Positions 60,531 to 64,000 of a DNA stretch of 64,000 nt are shown piece by piece (position 1 is the stretch's first letter; every line of letters starts with the position of its first letter). Under the pieces are notes generated by a model. It was not told where the DNA came from, searched no databases, and was given only the letters and a program-made list of their open reading frames with translations. A program made the position numbers and the translations under genes. The DNA is from Vicugna vicugna (taxonomy: Eukaryota): the NCBI GenBank assembly GCA_013265495.1, contig MU061578.1:1745308-1809307 (forward strand), given 5' to 3'.

Positions 60531-63500
60531 TTTTAAGGACAGAGGACCCCACCAGATGGCTTTATAGCTCCTATTCTGATAGCATAGCCAGACAGTTAAG
60601 AGGAAAGCTTTTTTTTTCCCCCCAAATTAGCTTTTTTTTTAAAAAAAAAAAAAAAGGTGAATCCCATTTTAGGCTCATCAGTTTTGATGACTGAGCTTTG
60701 CCAAGCCCTTTCCCCGTGAGATGCTCCGATCTTAGGCGCTAACCTTTCCCACTCACACTGTCGCACACCCACGTTGATATTTCTTCCCAGAGTTTTGGAC
60801 GGAAGCAGGACACTCAGAACTGGGTGATTGTTCGTTATAAAAAGGTCTACACCCCACCGTGCTCCGGTTCCTATGGGAATTTTCCGCCCACGGCCACTCC
60901 CGCTGTCTCCTGCCTCTCTCTCCCAAATCAACAAACAAGCCGGCAACAAAAGGTCTACCTTTTAAACCCACAGGAATTGCTTAGATGTCCTTTGATAACT
61001 GTGGGGTTGAGTGTGTGAATCAGGTGAGGAATTAACACACCAGGACGCTTTTGGTCTCAGTCAGTTGACCAAACACATCACATTTGAAACTTAGGAATCC
61101 AACGGACCACACAGACCCTCCCTATGACTATATGTCTGTATACATGCACGCGCGCACACACACGCGCATGTACACACACACTCACATGAACGCTAGGGAA
61201 AAATGGTCAGTGAAGGTTCCCACGAGGGTTCAATAAAAAAGAGATGAGGTTGGCTTAAAAACGAAGCTTGCTTAGAGTTATACCTCCCTTGGCAAGGAGA
61301 GCATGAAAAATAACGATGCCGAGATTGCACTAAATGCCTTAATATTGGGAGGGAAGGAATGAAGGGGAAAGAGAGAGATGGGGTGGGGGTGGGCCAAGAG
61401 AGGGGCAGAGGGAAAAAGCCAGACTTTAAGAAAACTTTTCACCCTGGCAAGCCAAGCTTTAACCAGCTTTTCACAGCTTTAAGCAGGTAAAGGGCTTTAT
61501 ACTGTTTGGGGAAAGCACTTTTGAATTCTGCCAGCATCTTAGCAGCACATAATTGGGAAAAGGTCCTATTTTTCTTGGCTTGCAAAGGAGAGTTGGACTT
61601 CTCACTACAGCAGGGAACAGACGCTGTGGCATAAGGATCCAAGAGGGGGTAGGCAAAACCTTTCTTTCCTTTCCAATGGCTTTCTGCCATTGTTCAAATG
61701 CAAAATACGGGCCACTCTTCCACCGACAACACAGATAAGGCTTCTTGGGGAAGTAAGTCTATCTGAACCACGTTTGTGTTTCTCAATTTATTTTTGTCTT
61801 CTTACTTGCTTTTTATTGCACGGTGTAAGATTACACACGTAGTTCAGATACTTGTCCTATAGAGACCGAGTTTCATTTAATAAAACATCTCTCTCATTTC
61901 CGAGGCCAAAAATATCACAGAATCAGACAGACTTCATTAAAAAGTAACAAGGGGGTCCGATTTTACATGGATACAATTATTATTTCTGTCACTGGGTGTC
62001 AGCGAACAGAGCGATTGATTTCTATGGGAAATTCGTTTCTCCCTCTCGCCTCGTAGCTAAGCCCCAAAGTGTTTTTCTACTTAATCTTCAAAAACTGGAA
62101 AAAATAAGTCTTTAGTCCCTGAATGTTTCTGTTGCCGTTCCCTTAAAAATGCAACATTCATTCTTGCCAGAAAGAACCTCAACTCGACTTAAAATGATAG
62201 CAATGTGAAAGACAATTCCACAGGAAACAGCTGTTTAAGCAAATTGATAAGCCCATCAATTCTCTCCCAGAAAATCGCCAGATCACTCGCTGACCCCTCC
62301 GAGAGTTATTTCAGTTTAGCTCTAAGTGTCATTGGTCAACTTTCCAATGAAAGATTTAGGTTTTCGTGTGTATTATGTTTAAATATCTGAATTTATATTC
62401 CCCTCGGCCCTTTGTTTATGCCATTAAAGCACAGCTTTCAACAAGGCGTCACTAAGCTGTACTCCGGATACTTTATTAAAGTTTATTACTCAACTGAATG
62501 CCACATTATGAACAATCACCTTCAAAAATCAGATGAAGTAGCGAATGTCTGCATTTTTCAGGGCAAACACAAAACCCATTTGAAGTCAATTGCGCTATTT
62601 AATGAAGCACAGGCAACTTTAGCTTCCTTTAACTTCAAAAATGATTCTTCCGGTAAATTTTCAAGTCTGTATTAGATCATTTCATATTCAGAGGCCACCT
62701 CAGCAAACATGCCTGGAGAGACCCAGATGATCACGTCTGCTTCTGCCCAACGGATGCTGCTCCCGGGAGTGGCCCTACCACCTGGCTCCCTTACTTGTGT
62801 GCCACACATTCAGGATGGGGCCCGAGCCACGTTCCAGAGACAACTCGTTTATTTGGTTTCCATCACCTATTCACTCCTGACCTTCCTTCCTCAAATTCCG
62901 GAGGAAAGATCAATAAAGTCCCACCAAGAGTGTGATGTTTGGCTGTACCGTAAAATCCAATAAAAAACAAGCCATGCATTTCTGCACAGGTCACTGCACA
63001 GGCATCAATAACAGGAACTTGCGATCACCAGTGACCCGAGCTGGACCATAACCAGTCACCTTCTGGTGAAAGCCATCACTATTCTGGTATCCATCTATGA
63101 AGCCATCCATTTACTCTGCCCTCTACCTTAACCTAATCTAATTTGCACGTTGTAACAGAAAGCTGCTGTCAGGGAGCATCAGGTAAACTTAATTTCATAC
63201 GTCCTGGCACACAAACGCGTGGGCTGGTGCCAGCGGATGACATACGAGCAGGTGGCCTTGGATCAGACAAATTTCGCACCTTGCCTCGGTGTAGGAACCC
63301 CTGACCATGTATTCTTGATGTATATTCAATTTTATGGAAATTCCCAAAGCATTTGGGAAGCAGACCTAAGCATCGCGGCATCTGTAAGAGTGTTGCCTTT
63401 TGTTACAAGTCTCATCCTGACAAATTAGGCCAGAGGAAGTGAGGGGGGGAATGGGTGGGCATTCGAAACAGGAGAATCTCACAAACAGAAATGATATGAA

Positions 63501-63704
63501 TTCATTACATAAAGTTTTTGTAATTTAAATTTTGAGGTTTTTTTTTTTTTTTTTTTTGGGAGGAGGGAGCAAGACTTCCTTTTTGTGGTCCAAAAGAGTA
63601 TTACAATGAACATAATTCTGCTGTGCTCTTGCTGAAAGGTTGTATGTTGTAATTACCCCCAACCCAGACTTGATTTCTAGTGAATCAAGAAGGATTTGAT
63701 TCAG

Positions 63705-63890
63705 TGCACTAGAATTAAGTTCCCAGAGATAGGGGCTTTATCTGTTTTGTTCTCAGCTGTATCTCCAGCTCATAGAACAGTGGGTAGCACATAGGAAGTC
63801 CTTAATAAGTGTTTGTTAAATGGATGGGTGGCTGGAATGGATGGATGGATGGAGGGAGGGAGGGATGGAGGGAGGGAGGGATGGGAAGAA
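63705..63890 (+). mobile_element. L2 3' tail running into a (GGAT/GGGA)n repeat
   Basis: TCTGTTTTGTTCTCAGCTGTATCTCCAGCTCATAGAACAGTG...AATAAGTGTTTGTTAAATGGATGG. Confidence 0.85.
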
Positions 63891-63928
63891 AGGGTCCCTT
63901 TCGTTTTCCTTTTAGTGCTTCTCTTGCC

Positions 63929-64000
63929 CAGTGGTTCTCAGTGCTGACTGTGTACAAGAAACACATGGGGAAATTTGAAAAATATACTATGCCTGTGTCC
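63929..64000 (+). mobile_element. MER5-family hAT element, truncated by the window edge
   Basis: TIR CAGTGGTTCTCA followed by ATGGGGAAATTTGAAAAATATACTATGCCTG. Confidence 0.65.

Noticed and set aside
1..64000. Protein-coding genes among the listed ORFs
   Set aside because: All are at most 165 aa, many start at non-ATG codons, none has a recognisable cellular domain or a convincing exon chain, and the longest overlap L2, MLT1 or low-complexity DNA. A small exon of a large gene cannot be excluded without alignment.

Overview
Mammalian non-coding DNA (intergenic or deep intronic), most likely from a camelid. The basis is a tRNA-Ala-derived vic-1-type SINE at 47141-47237 plus artiodactyl-type L1 3' ends. 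I found no supportable protein-coding exon, RNA gene, CRISPR array or prokaryotic feature; the ORF track is explained by chance ORFs and decayed transposons. The window is a layered record of transposons: ancient L3/CR1, L2 and MIR; hAT DNA transposons (MER20 x3, MER5, MER58B, MER94); MaLR/ERV solo LTRs; old L1M; and six younger 5'-truncated L1s, two with twin-priming inversions. Repeat-poor blocks between them look like candidate enhancers, and there is one strong CTCF motif. The most interesting observations are (i) a ~200 bp orphan polyadenylated insert with a degenerate TSD inside an old L1 (55523-55730), (ii) a probable short 3' transduction on an inverted L1 (31254-31320), and (iii) an exact 92 bp tandem duplication with a 100 bp period (20415-20606). 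I found no convincing evidence of a novel biological system. Repeat subfamily names come from my recall of consensus sequences and were not verified by a search; boundaries of old repeats are approximate.
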